A stretch of DNA of 64,000 nt. It comes from the human T2T-CHM13v2.0 reference genome, Homo sapiens. The notes below the pieces were generated by a model. It made no database searches and was not told the DNA's origin. It worked only from the letters and a program-made list of their open reading frames with translations. The stretch lies in the NCBI RefSeq assembly GCF_009914755.1, contig NC_060938.1; one strand, given 5' to 3'. Each line of letters starts with the position of its first letter. The stretch's first letter is position 1. Both the position numbers and the translations under genes were made by a program. Of the stretch, positions 13,834 to 31,473 are shown in pieces.

Positions 13834-16322
13834 GAATGAGAGTACCTGGCCCAATCCCATCACTGGTCTTTAGAGCCCAGAGAGAAGAGCAAGAGGACAA
13901 GAGAAGAGAAAAAGCTTCAAAGTTAAGCAGTCCCTTAAGGCTACATCAACAGGCATTTCCTTGAACTCGAATAAAGTAAAATAAAATGAGAAATGAGTCA
14001 GTAAGCAATCCATGGCATGTAATCCATCACCTAGTGCAAACCTCTCATTATTATTTTTTAGTTGGATTCCAGTGGGCAGCCAGTGTCTCAGGGCCCAGTA
14101 GTCTTCCTTTCTCCCCAAAGAACAGGCTTCAAAGATGCAAATAAATTACCCAACCCACTCTTATTAATCTCACACAAAACATTTTCAACTGAACGTATGG
14201 GTATGGTACCCCTGGGACCTCCAGGGGGATTAATTCCCGGGTCCGGACCTCCATATTAACACATACAGACACAGGTCAGAGAGAAGGAGGGCAAGGGCCG
14301 GGAGCTCCTCCGTGATGACCACCATTTATCGTGAAAAGGGAAAAGAAACATCACTAGAAAAATATTCCATGTTCCCTCTCTTCTCCTTCTATTTATAACA
14401 ACAAAGAAAACAGAACTTCATCTTAGCTTAGGGGACGTGCACCGTTGCTCAAATGATCTCAATCAGTGGCAGATGAGATCGAATGCAAGAGCATCTCTGT
14501 GCCAAGGCCATTGAGCTGCTGCAAACCTTGGGGTGTGTGTCACAGCCTTTTGTAGGCCATGTGGACCTCAGCCAGAGGCCTCTGGACCAAAGCAGGCCTT
14601 CTCTCACAAGCAGTTTAATAGGACTTGAAAAATAGGCATTTATTTTCAACTAATGGGAAATGGACGCATGCGGCTCTGGGCCACCAGGCAGATGAAATCC
14701 CAATTTCAAGAGCCATGCCCCAAGGTTTGAAGCTCTTAAAAATGAAGAGGGAGCAACTCCATTGTTCATTTTTCCAGAGGCTGGGGCTTGGGTCCCCTCT
14801 GCCATTCAAAGCACTACTGGACTACTCTAGAGGAGGGGAACGGGCCTCTAGGGGCCTCCCATGCAAAGCCTACGGGGGTGCTACAGAGGAACCAGATACC
14901 TACTGTTGGTCTTCATGCACATCTATCCTGCAGCACAATGTCAAAACAAGGGATAACTGAAGAGATTTGGAACAGAATCAGCACATTTCTCACAAGAGCA
15001 ACACAAAAAGGAAAACAAACATCAAATGCACTCGAGAGCTGTCCCTCCCGTTCATGTCCTTCAACCTTTCTTAAAAGCCTTTTCAAAGCCACACTCACTT
15101 TCATAAAAACTGGCTGAGATTTGGCAAATCCAATTCCCTGAATGATCAGCCACTGAAAGGGCGATGCTCCTGTGTGCCAGGATTTCCAATTCATTAACTT
15201 TTTCCTTAACAAATGGGGAGGCCGATGCAGAGCCATTCATGGAGGGAGGGCATGGGAAGGCATGGCTCCCATCAGGCCCACCCCACTGGTCTTGAGGCTG
15301 TGTACTTTTGACTTGGGTTCCCTCCCTCCCTTCTCCCACCTTCACATCTCATGGGAAAGCAAGAGAGCCAGGTAGAGAAGAGACAAAAACAGCCAATGTT
15401 CATTCTTTAAAAGAAAAAAAAAAGTTCCAATGGTAGTTCATATTTAAAATTCCTTTATTATAATAACTAAACTGGAGACAGCATTGTAAGGCTTTCTACT
15501 TTCCTTCTTTAGGAAGTGGATTTAAAAAAATGAAGATGGCTTACCCATTTTTGAAATAGAGGACATGGGCTCTCTGAAGTCCTGTTTCTAGGAAAAAACC
15601 TAGTTCTTGATCGTGGGGAGCAGGGCCAGGCTTAGGGCTTCTGTTTTGAATATTAGAAAGTATTACCTAGAAGGGGAGAAAATTGGAAAACTAATCAGAT
15701 GCACATCCAAGCCTACTTCCTTCAAACCCTATCTCTAAATGTACTGCTCGACCTAAAAAACCAACTTCCTCAGGCAAATATCAGTGCAGAGGCACAGGTG
15801 TAGAAGTGCAAGCATTAGAAAAGCAGAGAGAATGGTTCTACTAGACAGGAAGCAACAAGCAACCCAGGGGCACACAGGGCCCTCCTGGTACCGAAAGCTG
15901 AGGAGTCGGGGGTGCTGATGAGCAGGTGGTGCTGTAAGAAGCACTAGAGGCGGAGAGGCCCTGCTGAATGCCAGGATACTGACAGGAAGGCTGGGGACAC
16001 GGAAGCGGGTCCTAGCAAAGGGCGGAAATAGTTGTGATCCACCAATGGCCGAGGTCACTCACAGGCAGACTGCAGCTGCAGCCCTGCATGAGCTTGATGA
16101 GCTCCAAGATGAGCTGATGAGTGCTGTGATCTGCACTAGCCCTGGAATCAACCAGAAAAAGGCAGACTCACCAGGCTCCAGAGCTGAGGGACATTGCAGC
16201 TTTGCAACCTGGTGAGGTTGGGCTGCGTGGCAGTCCTCTATTCTCAAAGGGAGAGCTGAGCAAAACACCCTCTCTCCCCAAACTTGACTTCTTAGCTTAT
16301 CAACAGATAATGGGGTTTTTAA

Positions 16323-16720
<398 letters not shown>

Positions 16721-17874
16721 TGCTGCTACTCTCTTTAAACTCACAAGTCAAAGCATTTCTCAGAGGAAAGCCTACTTGTGGCTCACATAAAAACCAATGT
16801 TCTCCAAACATGCCGTCCACATTTGCTGAAAGTCAGCAGCTCTTCAAAAGACCCAGTTGTTTGCCAAACCCCAAACATCCTAGAGGTCTTGAAACCTTAG
16901 TCTCCAAACAGAGTGGAAGTAATTATTAGTTCCCTAACCCACAAGCTTTGGGGAAAAGAAAGGTAGAAGGTACATGATAAACGAGACATCGAGGAATGAA
17001 ACCCAGGTGGGCAACCCTTGCATGTGAACCGGATCCCAGCATCTTATAGAAATTGCCCAGCTCCGTCCTGACTTAGCCCTCAGCTCTGCACCCCTGACTC
17101 TCCGGGAGTTCCTCCTCTCTGGGAACCTCATTTCCACCCACTACAGGCTCCTCCTCCACTCATCCGTCAAGTGCCAGAGATGCACGCGGCACCATCGGAG
17201 CCACACTCCTTTCTCTCTTAGGTCTCTTGAGATGACCGCATCCATCCCTAAGAGCTTCAAAATCATCAGTATGCTGCCAACGCCCAAGTTTATAGCTGTA
17301 GTCAAGACTTTCTCTGTGAATTTCCAACTCACATATCCAACTGCTGCACTTGGAGGTCCAACACGGAAACTTTTAAAAATCATCCTTCATTTGCTTTTCA
17401 GCATAGTTTTAATTTTGACATGCCATGATTATTTTAAAGTAAAAAATTCAGTACAGCACAAAAAAGAAAATAAAAAAATCACCTCACAATTCCATCACAC
17501 AAAAATAACCACAGTTAACATTTATTGAACGACAATCCAGATATCTTTGTGGACACATGTATCAAGCAGAGAAAGATAAAAATCATTTTACAAAAAAATG
17601 AGATCATGTTATATATGCTAGTTTTAAATTTAAATCATTATATTTAATTTAGTTAAATTTAACAGAAGGAACTAAAGTGTAACCAAAGTTACACTTTAGA
17701 AAGTTTGTCCCTCCTAATTATTTCTCAACTATGTCTGTGACTATCCATTTCTACTACCATTACATCATCCGAGCTGCCAGGACTTCCTGTTAGATTTCTA
17801 CAACAGCCTCCTGAATGGAGTCTCCACGTCCTCTCTTGCTTCCCTATTTCCCTCACTCTCTATAAGCAGCCTGA

Positions 17875-18127
<253 letters not shown>

Positions 18128-18147
<20 letters not shown>

Positions 18148-18286
18148 CCTGAAAAATTTTTCATAATCCAGTCTGGATCATGAGCCACTGCGCCCGGCTC
18201 CTGAATAATTTTTCATAATCCAGTCTGGATCATGAGCCACTGCGCCCAGCTCCTGAATAATTTTTCATAATCCAATCTGGATTATG
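18128..18286. repeat. 52-bp minisatellite, 3 copies
   Basis: Unit atgagccactgcgccyrgctcctgaawaatttttcataatccartctggaty starting at 18128, 18180 and 18232. Confidence 0.95.
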
Positions 18287-19209
18287 TTGCTCTTAAGCTC
18301 CTTTTCCTCTTTCTCATCTCTCAGATATCAGCTTGCTTCTGCTTCTTGCTTCCTCCGAAGGGCCTTTTCTAACAATCGGCATTAAGGAAGTCTGCCCTAT
18401 TCGCCTGCCCACAGCATCCTTTCCTATTCCTTCATTACATTTGCCATTGTTATTTCTTCACTTGATTTCTGGCTGTCTCTCTCCACTGTGCTACAAATTC
18501 CACAAAGTCAGAGGCCACGCCTATTTTACTTACCCAGTGTCTAGTGCAGGATAAGCATTCAATATACATAGTAAATGAATAAACTTTCAAGGTCAATCAT
18601 AAATGCAGAGAAAAGGCAACAGGAAAGTAACCCACTGTGTCTTAGGCACCATGTGGGTACATCGCTATCTCATGTATTCCTCCACAAAAACCCACCGAGA
18701 TACACACCATTGTCCTCTCTTTACCAGAGGGGAAGCGGAGACTGCTCCACCAAGTGAGGTGCCCGAATCATGTGGCTTGAGAGCGGTGGAGCTGGTGCAG
18801 AAACCCAGATCCCCCTGACTCCACAGCCCGGCTCCTTCTCCTTCATCTGTGTCTGCTTGCAGAGCAAAGTCCAAAACACAAGGGCAGCCAGGAGGTGGCT
18901 TAAGGTTATAAATGGGAGAATGGGAAAGACGCAAGAGAAGCCTTGGAGGGACTAGCATAGCTCAGGGCTTACCCTGAAGTCTAAGCATCTTGAACTTAAT
19001 CCCTTCCTCACAAAGAGCCTCCAACACATGGGCCTGGGCAGAAGCATTGTTTGGCAGTGCTGAAGCCACAACTTGTTCTGTGGATAAACACTTCCAGCGA
19101 GGAGACTGCCAACAAGCGTCCTTAACAAGCGCAGCTGGCTCTGGCAGAAGCAAGTACCCAATGACTGAGGAAGCACGGGGAAGGGGCTGAAGATTTTAGT
19201 CAAAAGACC

Positions 19210-19365
19210 GAGGCGCGAGGTCTGGTTCTGACACTGCTCACCCACCATTCGCGGACTTAGGACAACACCTCTGACCTCACAGACCTTCACTGCCCTCATC
19301 TATACAATGGGGATAATAATACCTACCTCACAAGGTTGGTTTGAATTGCAAATGAGAAACTTCAC
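19210..19365 (+). mobile_element. MIR
   Basis: ctcatctatacaatggggataataatacctacctcacaaggttg. Confidence 0.75.
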
Positions 19366-19367
19366 TT

Positions 19368-19490
19368 CATGAGCAAATACCATACATTATTATACAAATA
19401 TTATAATCCTTAATGGAGTTATATTAACTGCATGAACAAATATTATACATTATTGTACAAATAGTATAATCCTTAATGGAGCTATATTAA
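19368..19490. repeat. 63-bp tandem duplication (2 diverged copies)
   Basis: catgagcaaata...tataatccttaatggagttatattaa at 19368 and catgaacaaata...tataatccttaatggagctatattaa at 19431. Confidence 0.9.
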
Positions 19491-19503
19491 AGAGTTACCT
19501 TTA

Positions 19504-19907
<404 letters not shown>

Positions 19908-20126
19908 GAAAGGAGGAAACAACGACAAAAATCATTCCACCTCATAGATCTATAGGCTGCAATGAGCTATGATCACTATCATGCTTTGAAAAGCATCAAC
20001 TCTGTTTCTATAGAAGACTTCAGTATTATGGACAATAAACACCATCCTTGCCATCCTCGACACTGCTATCCTTGTCAGCCTTCAAGATGCTGCTCAGGCA
20101 TCATCTCTTCCAGGAGACATCCCTGA

Positions 20127-20543
<417 letters not shown>

Positions 20544-20663
20544 TTAAGGGCAGGCTCTGTGACATACCCATTCTAGTGCCCCTGCAGTCAAACAGTATCC
20601 AGAACATGGAAGGCACTCAATACATGATTGTGCAAGTGAATTAAAACATCACAGGCACATTTA

Positions 20664-20995
<332 letters not shown>

Positions 20996-21047
20996 CTATT
21001 CATAAAGCAATAAAAATAGAAAAGATCTGAGAATAAAACCACCTACT

Positions 21048-21190
21048 GGCCAGGTGCAGTGGCTCACGCCTGTAATCTCAGCACTTTGGAAGGCCAAGGT
21101 GGGTGGATCGCTTGAGGTCAGGAGTTCGAGACCAGCCTGGGCAACACAGCGAAACCTCATCACTTTTTTTAAATATTTTTTTTTTTTAAA
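21048..21190 (+). mobile_element. Free left Alu monomer with T-rich tail
   Basis: Left arm only; acctact on both sides. Confidence 0.85.
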
Positions 21191-21768
21191 AAACCTACTA
21201 AAGTCTATAGAACAAAAAAATCTTGACAAAATAGGAAGAGGGTCATAGATGACAGGAGACTAAATATAATTCTCCAAATTAATGTATGGAATTAAAAATT
21301 CAACCAAATCCCAAAAGGATTTTTCTTGAACTCAACAAAATTATTCTAAAATTTACCTGAAAGTATTAGAATGAGATAAGAACAAAGGATAACCTGAAAA
21401 ATAAAAGTAATGAGTAGTTACTAATCATTTAAATGTTAAAACCTATCATAAAGAAGTGCCTATTAAACAGTGTCATGTTGGTACAACACAATTAAAAAGC
21501 CAGAATTTTATTGAATGACTAAAAATATATGACAGAAAATATGAAAAGGAAAGATCATCTTAAAGTAGCACTGAAATTTGGAAATTTGGGAAATTTTAAT
21601 TGAGAAAAATTAATTTAGAGCTATATATATATATATATACCACAATGAACCCCAACTACATTTGGAAATTAAAAGTTTTTTGTATGTTTGTTTTTGTTTG
21701 TTTTTAAAGGTTTCTCTGTACATAGTGAAAAAATTTTTGTTTTCTGTTTTTTTAAAAAAAGGGGAGGA

Positions 21769-22052
21769 GGTCGGGTGCAGTGCCTGTAATCACAGCACTT
21801 TGGGAGGCCAAGGCAGGTGAATCACGTGGTCAGGAGTTCGAGAACAGCCTGGCCAACATGGTGAAACTCCGTCTCTACTAAAAATACAAAAAAATAACTG
21901 GGCGTAGTGGTGGGCACCTGTAATCCCAGCTACTTAGGAGGCTAAGGCAGGAGAATCACTTGAACCCAGGAGGCGGAGGTAGCCGTGAGCCAAGATCACT
22001 CCACTGCACTCCAGCCCTGGCAACAGAGTGAGACTCCGTCTCAGAAAAAAAA
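21769..22052 (+). mobile_element. AluS (Sg-like)
   Basis: atcacgtggtcaggagttcg with the 2-bp left-arm deletion. Confidence 0.9.
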
Positions 22053-22073
22053 GGGGGGGTGGGTAGGAAATGA

Positions 22074-22386
22074 GGCCAGGCTTGGTGGCTTATGCATGTA
22101 ATCACAGTACTTTGGGAGACTAAGGCAGGAGGATTGCTTGAAGCCAGGAGTTCAAGACCAGCCTGGGCAACAAAGTGAGAACCTGTCTACAAAAAATTTA
22201 AAAATAGGCCGGGCATAGTGGCATGCGGCTGTAGTCCCAGCTAACTGGGAGGCTGGGGCAGGAGGGACAGGAGGATCTCTTGAGCCCAGGAGTTTGAGGG
22301 TGCAACGAGCTATGATCACCCCACTACACTCCAGCCTGAGCAACAGAGCAAGACCATGTCTCTTAAAAAAAAAAAAAAAAAAAAAA
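22074..22386 (+). mobile_element. AluJ
   Basis: Full dimer with A tail, immediately after the preceding Alu. Confidence 0.9.
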
Positions 22387-22689
22387 GTATATATACGTAT
22401 ATACACACATACATATATATGGAAAATGGTTGAAAGTTATCAAATCCTAGGGAAGTTTATTCCAACATTCAAGCTTTAAAAACAGTAAAATAAAATATAA
22501 TTAAAAAGATAATCAGATTCAACTATATACAGATTCAAAATTTATGAGCAACTTAAACATGGAAAATTACTGGTTAGGAAAATATTCAGAGCAAATATGA
22601 TAAAGAGTTAACATACTTATGACATAGTTTATTCAAACTGTAAGAAAACAACACTTCCAAAAATTAGACAAAAAGGATAAGCAGACAAA

Positions 22690-23560
22690 AAAGGGTTAAA
22701 CATAAAGTTACCACATGACCCAGAAATTCCACTGGTAAATATACTCAAGAAAACTGAAAACATATGTCTACACAGGAACCTGCATACAAATATTTATAGC
22801 AGCATCATTCACAATAGCCAAAAAGTAAAAGCAACCCAAATGCATATCAATTGGTGAATGGATAAATACCATGTAGCACATATCCACACAATGGCACAAT
22901 TATTTAACAATGTAAAGAAACAAAGTACTGATATATGCTACTACATGAATGAATTTTCAGAACGTGATGCTATGCCAAAGAAGCCAGCCATAAAAGATCA
23001 TATATTGTATGATTCTGTTTTTTTTTTTTTTTTTTTTTTTTGAGATGGAGTCTCGCTCTGTCACCCAGGCTGGAGTGCAGTGGCACAATCTCAGCTCACT
23101 GCAACCTCCACCTGCCAGTTCAAGCAATTTTCCTGCCTCAGCCTCAGCCTCCCAAGTAGCTGGGACTGCAGGTGCACACCACCACGCCCGACCAATTTTT
23201 GTATTTTTAGTAGAGACGGGGTTTCACCATATTGGCCAGGCTGGTCTTGAACTCCTGACTTTGTGATCCACCCACCTCGGCCTCCCAAAGTGCTAGGATT
23301 ATAGGCGTGAGCCACTGCACCCAATGTATGATTCTATTTCTATGAAATGTCCAGAATATGCAAATCTACAGAGACAGACAGCAGATTAATAGTTTCCTAG
23401 GGCTGGGGAGGCTGGCCATAAAATGGGGATTGACTGCTGAGTGCAAGGTTTCTTTCTGAGGTGATGAAAATCTAGAATTAAATATTGGTGATGGTTACTG
23501 AACTCTGGAAATATGTTAAAAACCACTGTACAATTTAAATGGGTGAATTGTATGGTAACA
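22690..23560 (+). mobile_element. L1M (MB/ME-type) 3' end, split by an Alu
   Basis: ttaccacatgacccagaaattccac...tcacaatagccaaaaagt...atgattctatttctatgaaatgtccagaa. Confidence 0.8.
23018..23324 (-). mobile_element. AluS
   Basis: Poly-T head; TSD tgtatgattct. Confidence 0.92.
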
Positions 23561-23797
23561 GTAATGCTATTTTTGAGAAAAGAAAATAGAAATATAACTA
23601 GTATATACTACTAGTAATAACTAGTATTAAAAAAATTTCAACCTCACTGGTAATCCAAAAAATGTGAACTAAACTTGCAAGGTACCATTTTCATCTAGCA
23701 ATTTCGGCAAAATAACTTTTAAACAATAGCAGCCCTGTCAAGGTTGCAAAGAAACCACTACTCTCCCATACAGCCATAGGTAGAGAAAGTTAGTAGA

Positions 23798-24089
<292 letters not shown>

Positions 24090-24296
24090 GAGGTTAGTAT
24101 AACTTGTAGAAAGCAACTGGACACAATACAGAGTAACAAGAATAGTAAAAATATCCTCACTTCTGAGAATTTGTCCTTAGGAAATAATGTGAAGCAAGAG
24201 AAAAAGTAACCCAAAGGAAGTTGGCGTGGAAGCATTATTTACAACAGCTTATACACAACAATACGTTCATCGTATCGCAGAGGCCACACACGTGAT

Positions 24297-24586
<290 letters not shown>

Positions 24587-24831
24587 TCACTGCGTTGTAA
24601 CCTCCTACTCCAGGCTCCCAGATAAAGGGCTCAAAGTCAGAAGTGCCTAGAGCAGAAGCACCTGCCTAGCCAGTCAGTTTCTGGACATCTCTTAAGGAAA
24701 TATTACATCAAGCTATGAACTGTCCCCTTCTGGCTTTGGCCTGAGTGAAAAGGTAGGCCTGAAACGGGAAGGAAAGGAGGAATTGGCCTTTTCTTTATTG
24801 TCTCACATTTTAAAGTCAGAAGCACAATCAC

Positions 24832-25110
24832 CTGGCCCTCTGGAGCCACAGCCCCACCTTTCTCAGCAGCAGCACTGAGTGCTTTTCCTAGGACACCTGG
24901 TTCCAGTTCAAGACCGGCAGTAACCTGCATCTAATCCAGTTTGGAATCCAACACCTCAGCGACATCACTGCAAATCCCTCCTGCCGGGAGAACATAATCC
25001 ACTCAAGGCATGGCCAGGCTGCCAGTGAACAGCCCCTTCATGAACACGGGAAGTCTAGGTGGGGCACTGTAATATTTGGGGACCTGGTGTTTCTTCTAGA
25101 AACTTTAGCA
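24832..25110 (-). other. Candidate non-coding exon
   Basis: Minus acceptor cattttattggctgttttag| and donor CAG|gtgatt in unique sequence. Confidence 0.22.
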
Positions 25111-25787
25111 CTAAAACAGCCAATAAAATGTCATGGGTACCCCATAACTTAGCATTAACTTCTTTTCTAAAATAGGGTGTAGAGAAATGAACTGTCAGCA
25201 GAAGGTCAAGTTCCACCCTGGCTCTACTCCTGCTCAAGAGAGCCATAACCAGCTGGTTGGCTGATGCATGCAAAGGACAGAGACAGGATTATTTCATCTG
25301 CCAACAGCAGGGCTCATATTATGGTATCCAAGGGTGAAGTCATCTTTATTCCCATCACTGCACCACTAGAAGCTCCTTGCAGGGCGGATAACTTTATTTA
25401 CTGTTGGCACAATGCCGTCATCTGAAGATAAACTAATCAAGGCCATCCTATGCCATTTCTATCTGCTCTAATGTAATTTATTTGGTTAAATTATTTTATA
25501 TGCTCAATTTTAGGGGTAGTTTATCTGTTATTCCCCTTCGGAAAACAAACTATCAGAGACTATTCGTAGGTGTCCCTGTGACTCTGATATAACAAGGACA
25601 ACATTAAACAAATATTTGATGCACATAGCTTTCATTTATTCCCATTTTCTTGGCCCCGCCTCTGGGTCTGGAACTAGAGGGCAGAGGAACACCTGGAAAG
25701 CTCCTAGGTACTGCCTGGCACATGCTGCTGCTCTCAGCAAGGGCCACTTCTCTAGCCCCAGAAAACCAGGCAAGTCAGGCAGAATGA

Positions 25788-26276
<489 letters not shown>

Positions 26277-26397
26277 TAACATTTTTAATGAAACAGTATG
26301 TTTATAATATTCCAGATTTTAACCTAAATATCTGAAATTGTCCGAGGTTAGGAAAGATTCCACAGCCAGGTGACACAGGAACAGATAAGGGCAAGAG

Positions 26398-26600
26398 AGC
26401 TGACATTTACTGCATGCTGACAATGTGCTGGGAGGCACATGAGTTAACCCACCTCACCTCACAGCAGCCTCATGGCAACTAGGACTGCGGTTTTACAGAC
26501 GAGGATCCTGAGATACAGAGAGGCTGAGCAACTGCCCAAAGTCCCACAGCTAAAGGGGGCAAGGCCAGGGTCCCAACACTGGCAGTCACTCACCCGCAGT
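26398..26600 (-). mobile_element. MIR
   Basis: ttttacagacgaggatcctgagatacagagaggctgagcaactgcccaaagtcccacagcta. Confidence 0.8.
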
Positions 26601-27550
26601 GCTCTGCAGCCTCCCACAGCTTCTGTCAGCTCCCTCGAGGGGAAGCCAGGTCAGTCCTCGTTCTGAAGTGTCACTGCCCTTCAGGAACCCAACAACTCAG
26701 AACATCCCAGAACATCACTGAACATCCCCACTACTAGAGAAACTCAGAGAACGGCACTCCCTCAGAAGCACAATTATGAAAAGTCACTGGTCACGACACT
26801 CCTAACTGTCTCCAAAAACCCTCCCCAAATTTTACTCTTGCTAGTGAATAAAGTTAAACGCCAGGACTAATAAATAAAAGGCCCACAGGCCCCAGCGAGC
26901 AGAAGTTTCTTCACTACAGAATGGCGGGGAAGTGACAGGGCACCATGGAGAGGCCACCTCTGCCCAGCGGAGCAAACAGGAACAGCGTGTGTGATTTCCT
27001 ACCTGGCAGGGCTGATCCCAAAACAAAGCCCTATTTGCCTTGGATTGCTCAAGGCTTTGATCAGATTCCATCCCCTTTTCTGTTTTCAATTCAACATAAT
27101 TCTTACTGAGTTCAAAATTAAGTCAATTAAGTTCAACATTTAAAAAAAGAAAAAGGCCAATCAAGTATCTCTTGCATAACACACAACTATCTTGCCACAT
27201 AAAAACCTGCAAACTTTCCACCAAGCCCATTGGTCACCTAAGGAAGGTTATTCTCCTCGCTAGCCTTCTGCTTAATCAACAGTTAGTTTCTTGAGTACTT
27301 ACTACAGTCAAAACAGATGTTGGGTTCATTCAATCTCTCTCATTGCTAATATCTCAGCTTGCTGAAATCTGGGGAGGTCCAAACTGGTTTTCCAAAAAAG
27401 AAAACGCCAGAGCCAGGAATTTGAAAATCAGAGCCAGAAATTTGAAAATCGTGTACCTACGCTGAGATTTAACCTTAGGCTAAAGAAGCTGCTTCCCAAA
27501 TGCTACCAAAAGCTAAAGCTTACTTGGTCAAATAAAACATATTTATTGAC

Positions 27551-27957
<407 letters not shown>

Positions 27958-29769
27958 TGAGCACTTTCTCTAAGTAAGAGTGTGGAGAAATGTCATGCTT
28001 TTTCTTTGTTTGCAGCAGCCTGGGAGAATAAAGTGAGCCAGCACTAAGCTAGGTGTCGTGTGAGTGGAGTTCTAAAACTAGTTTTGGCCTAACTTTCTGT
28101 GTGCCTGGGCTCTCCCTTTCTAGACCTCAAGTTTCTTCTCAAAATCCAACATCTTATGATCACCATTTCCCCAAAATCAAAGAAAAGGATTTCTTTTAAA
28201 TCCTACGACTATACAAGCCTCCTTGATGTTCCTGCTGAAGAACCCAGCACTGAATGGGGTGTTGTGAGTGAACATAACAGAAGTGTATTCAGATCTACCA
28301 ATTCCTACATCACTACAGACACATGTAACACATGAGCCTCCTTTCTCCCAGCCGGGAGAAGACGGCTCCAAAGTGACAGGGCTGGACAACAGTGGAGAGT
28401 AAGCAGCAAGATAGGGCCCTAAGTGGCCAGGGCTGTGTAGTCAGCTGGAACAACTCAGATGGGATAAGCAGACTTCTCGACTGCCAAGCACGGTCCATCA
28501 AGGAGGCAGACAGTGGAAATAATGGAGGTTTTTAAAGGAGCCTGGATGATCATTCCTTTAAAGATCATATCGTAAATTCTGAATAACAACAACAAATTCT
28601 CTTCTCATAGCAACCTTCTGATAGAACATAATTCTGGCAAGACAGACATGTATCTTCCTGAATTCCCAGATATCTTAAACCATGGCTTATAATCCATTCT
28701 GGTTGAGGCCAGGTCAAATGTTATTCCCATCACTCTCTCCAACTCTCCTGCTGTGATTCTCACTCTAATCTCCCTGCCTCCTAAAAAGGCAATTCTGATG
28801 CATATCATATGCACCAACACATGACAATATGATTTATGAAAAAAAGTTACTTCCTGTCTGTTCATTTATAAAGTAACAAAAGCTAGGGAGACTTTGGCAG
28901 TCTCTCTCTATTCTAATCTTTACAAAAACAAGGAGCCCAGAAAATTGCTGGAAAACAAGACCTCCAATCATTTTCAAAGTCTCATAGGATTTCTAATCAT
29001 TTCAAACACTCTTGTAGGGTACATCTCTGGGTCTGAAGGGGTCAATAGCAGTGTCCTTGGTGAGAACTCCAGGAAACACTGCCAGCAACAGCAACTGCTA
29101 GGAGCTATTGTTATTAATAAAAATAAGTGACATTTACCAAGAATCCAATATGTTCACGAATCTGGGCTAAGTGCCTTTATTCACAAGACCTTATGTAATC
29201 CTCACAAAAGCTTCATGAAGTAGGAACTATGATTATGTTCTTTTTATGGACGGAAAAAATCGAGGCTGAGAGGTGAAGAAACTTAGTAAAGAGTAGAACC
29301 CAAAGATGAGAATCTGAAACAGGCATGTTGCCTCCACCTCCCTGGCCCCATCCAGCCTCCAGCCTCCAACCTCCTCTGTCTGAGGCTGCGAGCTTAGAAC
29401 CCCGAGCTCACTCGTTCTCTGCTCAGAGGCCCTCTTGTCAGCTGCTCGTTTCCATCACCCACACCACAGGCGAAGCACTGAAGGCTGAGACCATCCCTGA
29501 TGGTCTCCGGGGATACCCGATGTACTCAGCTCGGTCTACTTCGGTCCACGTCCCCAGCACCTTTGCCATATCTGTCAAGGTAAGGCCTCCCAAGCCCCAG
29601 ATGAACAGGTCTTGGCACAGAGTCCATACAAGTACAAATGAAGCTCAACCCATTTTATTAGGAAGACAGGGGTGGCTGGCCAGCTTCAGGGTGCTGAAGG
29701 TATGAACAGATGCACACTGTCATTTCTGCTCAGAGGATGCTAAAATGCTTCACAAACACTGAACCATCT

Positions 29770-30095
<326 letters not shown>

Positions 30096-30465
30096 TAAGC
30101 TACAGCAATCACTACCACACTCTCCTTAGCTTTAAGGAGTACAAGTAAAGCTTTGCACACAGAGACAGACAAGTTGAAAGCTTCCTAGAGATTAATCTCA
30201 GTTGTCCACTATCTGATTTGAGGGAAAAAGTTATCAGGAACAAACACGTGGTCCTCACTTACCCTTTCTATCTCTTGGAGATACAGGAGTGCGATGTCCC
30301 CTGCTTTCTCATAACAGGTGATGACATCCTGTTCCCGGTCCACATGGAGATTACTGGTAGAAGAAGAAATAGGCAGCTTCTCCAAACAAAGTCCTTAAAA
30401 AAATATCAGACACAAAAACTGAGTGAATTTTTTTTCATAAGGCTTCATTTTTAAATATTGCTCTA

Positions 30466-30828
<363 letters not shown>

Positions 30829-31116
30829 TTATTCCTGATATTAGGGAGAAAGCATTCAGTCAGAAAGCATTAAGTTTGAGATTATAAGTTTTTCTTAGAC
30901 GCCCTTTACCAGGTTGAAGAAGGTGCCTTCTACACCAGTTTTGCTGAGAGTTTCTATTAAGAATCAATGTTGGATTTGCTCAAATCCTTTCTCCATGTTC
31001 ATTGAGATAATCATATAGCTTTTTTGCTTTTAGTTTTTAAATGTGGTTACATCGACTGATCATCAAATGTTAAACCAACCTTCCTTTCCCAGCAAAAATA
31101 CCACTTGGCCAGATGA

Positions 31117-31473
<357 letters not shown>

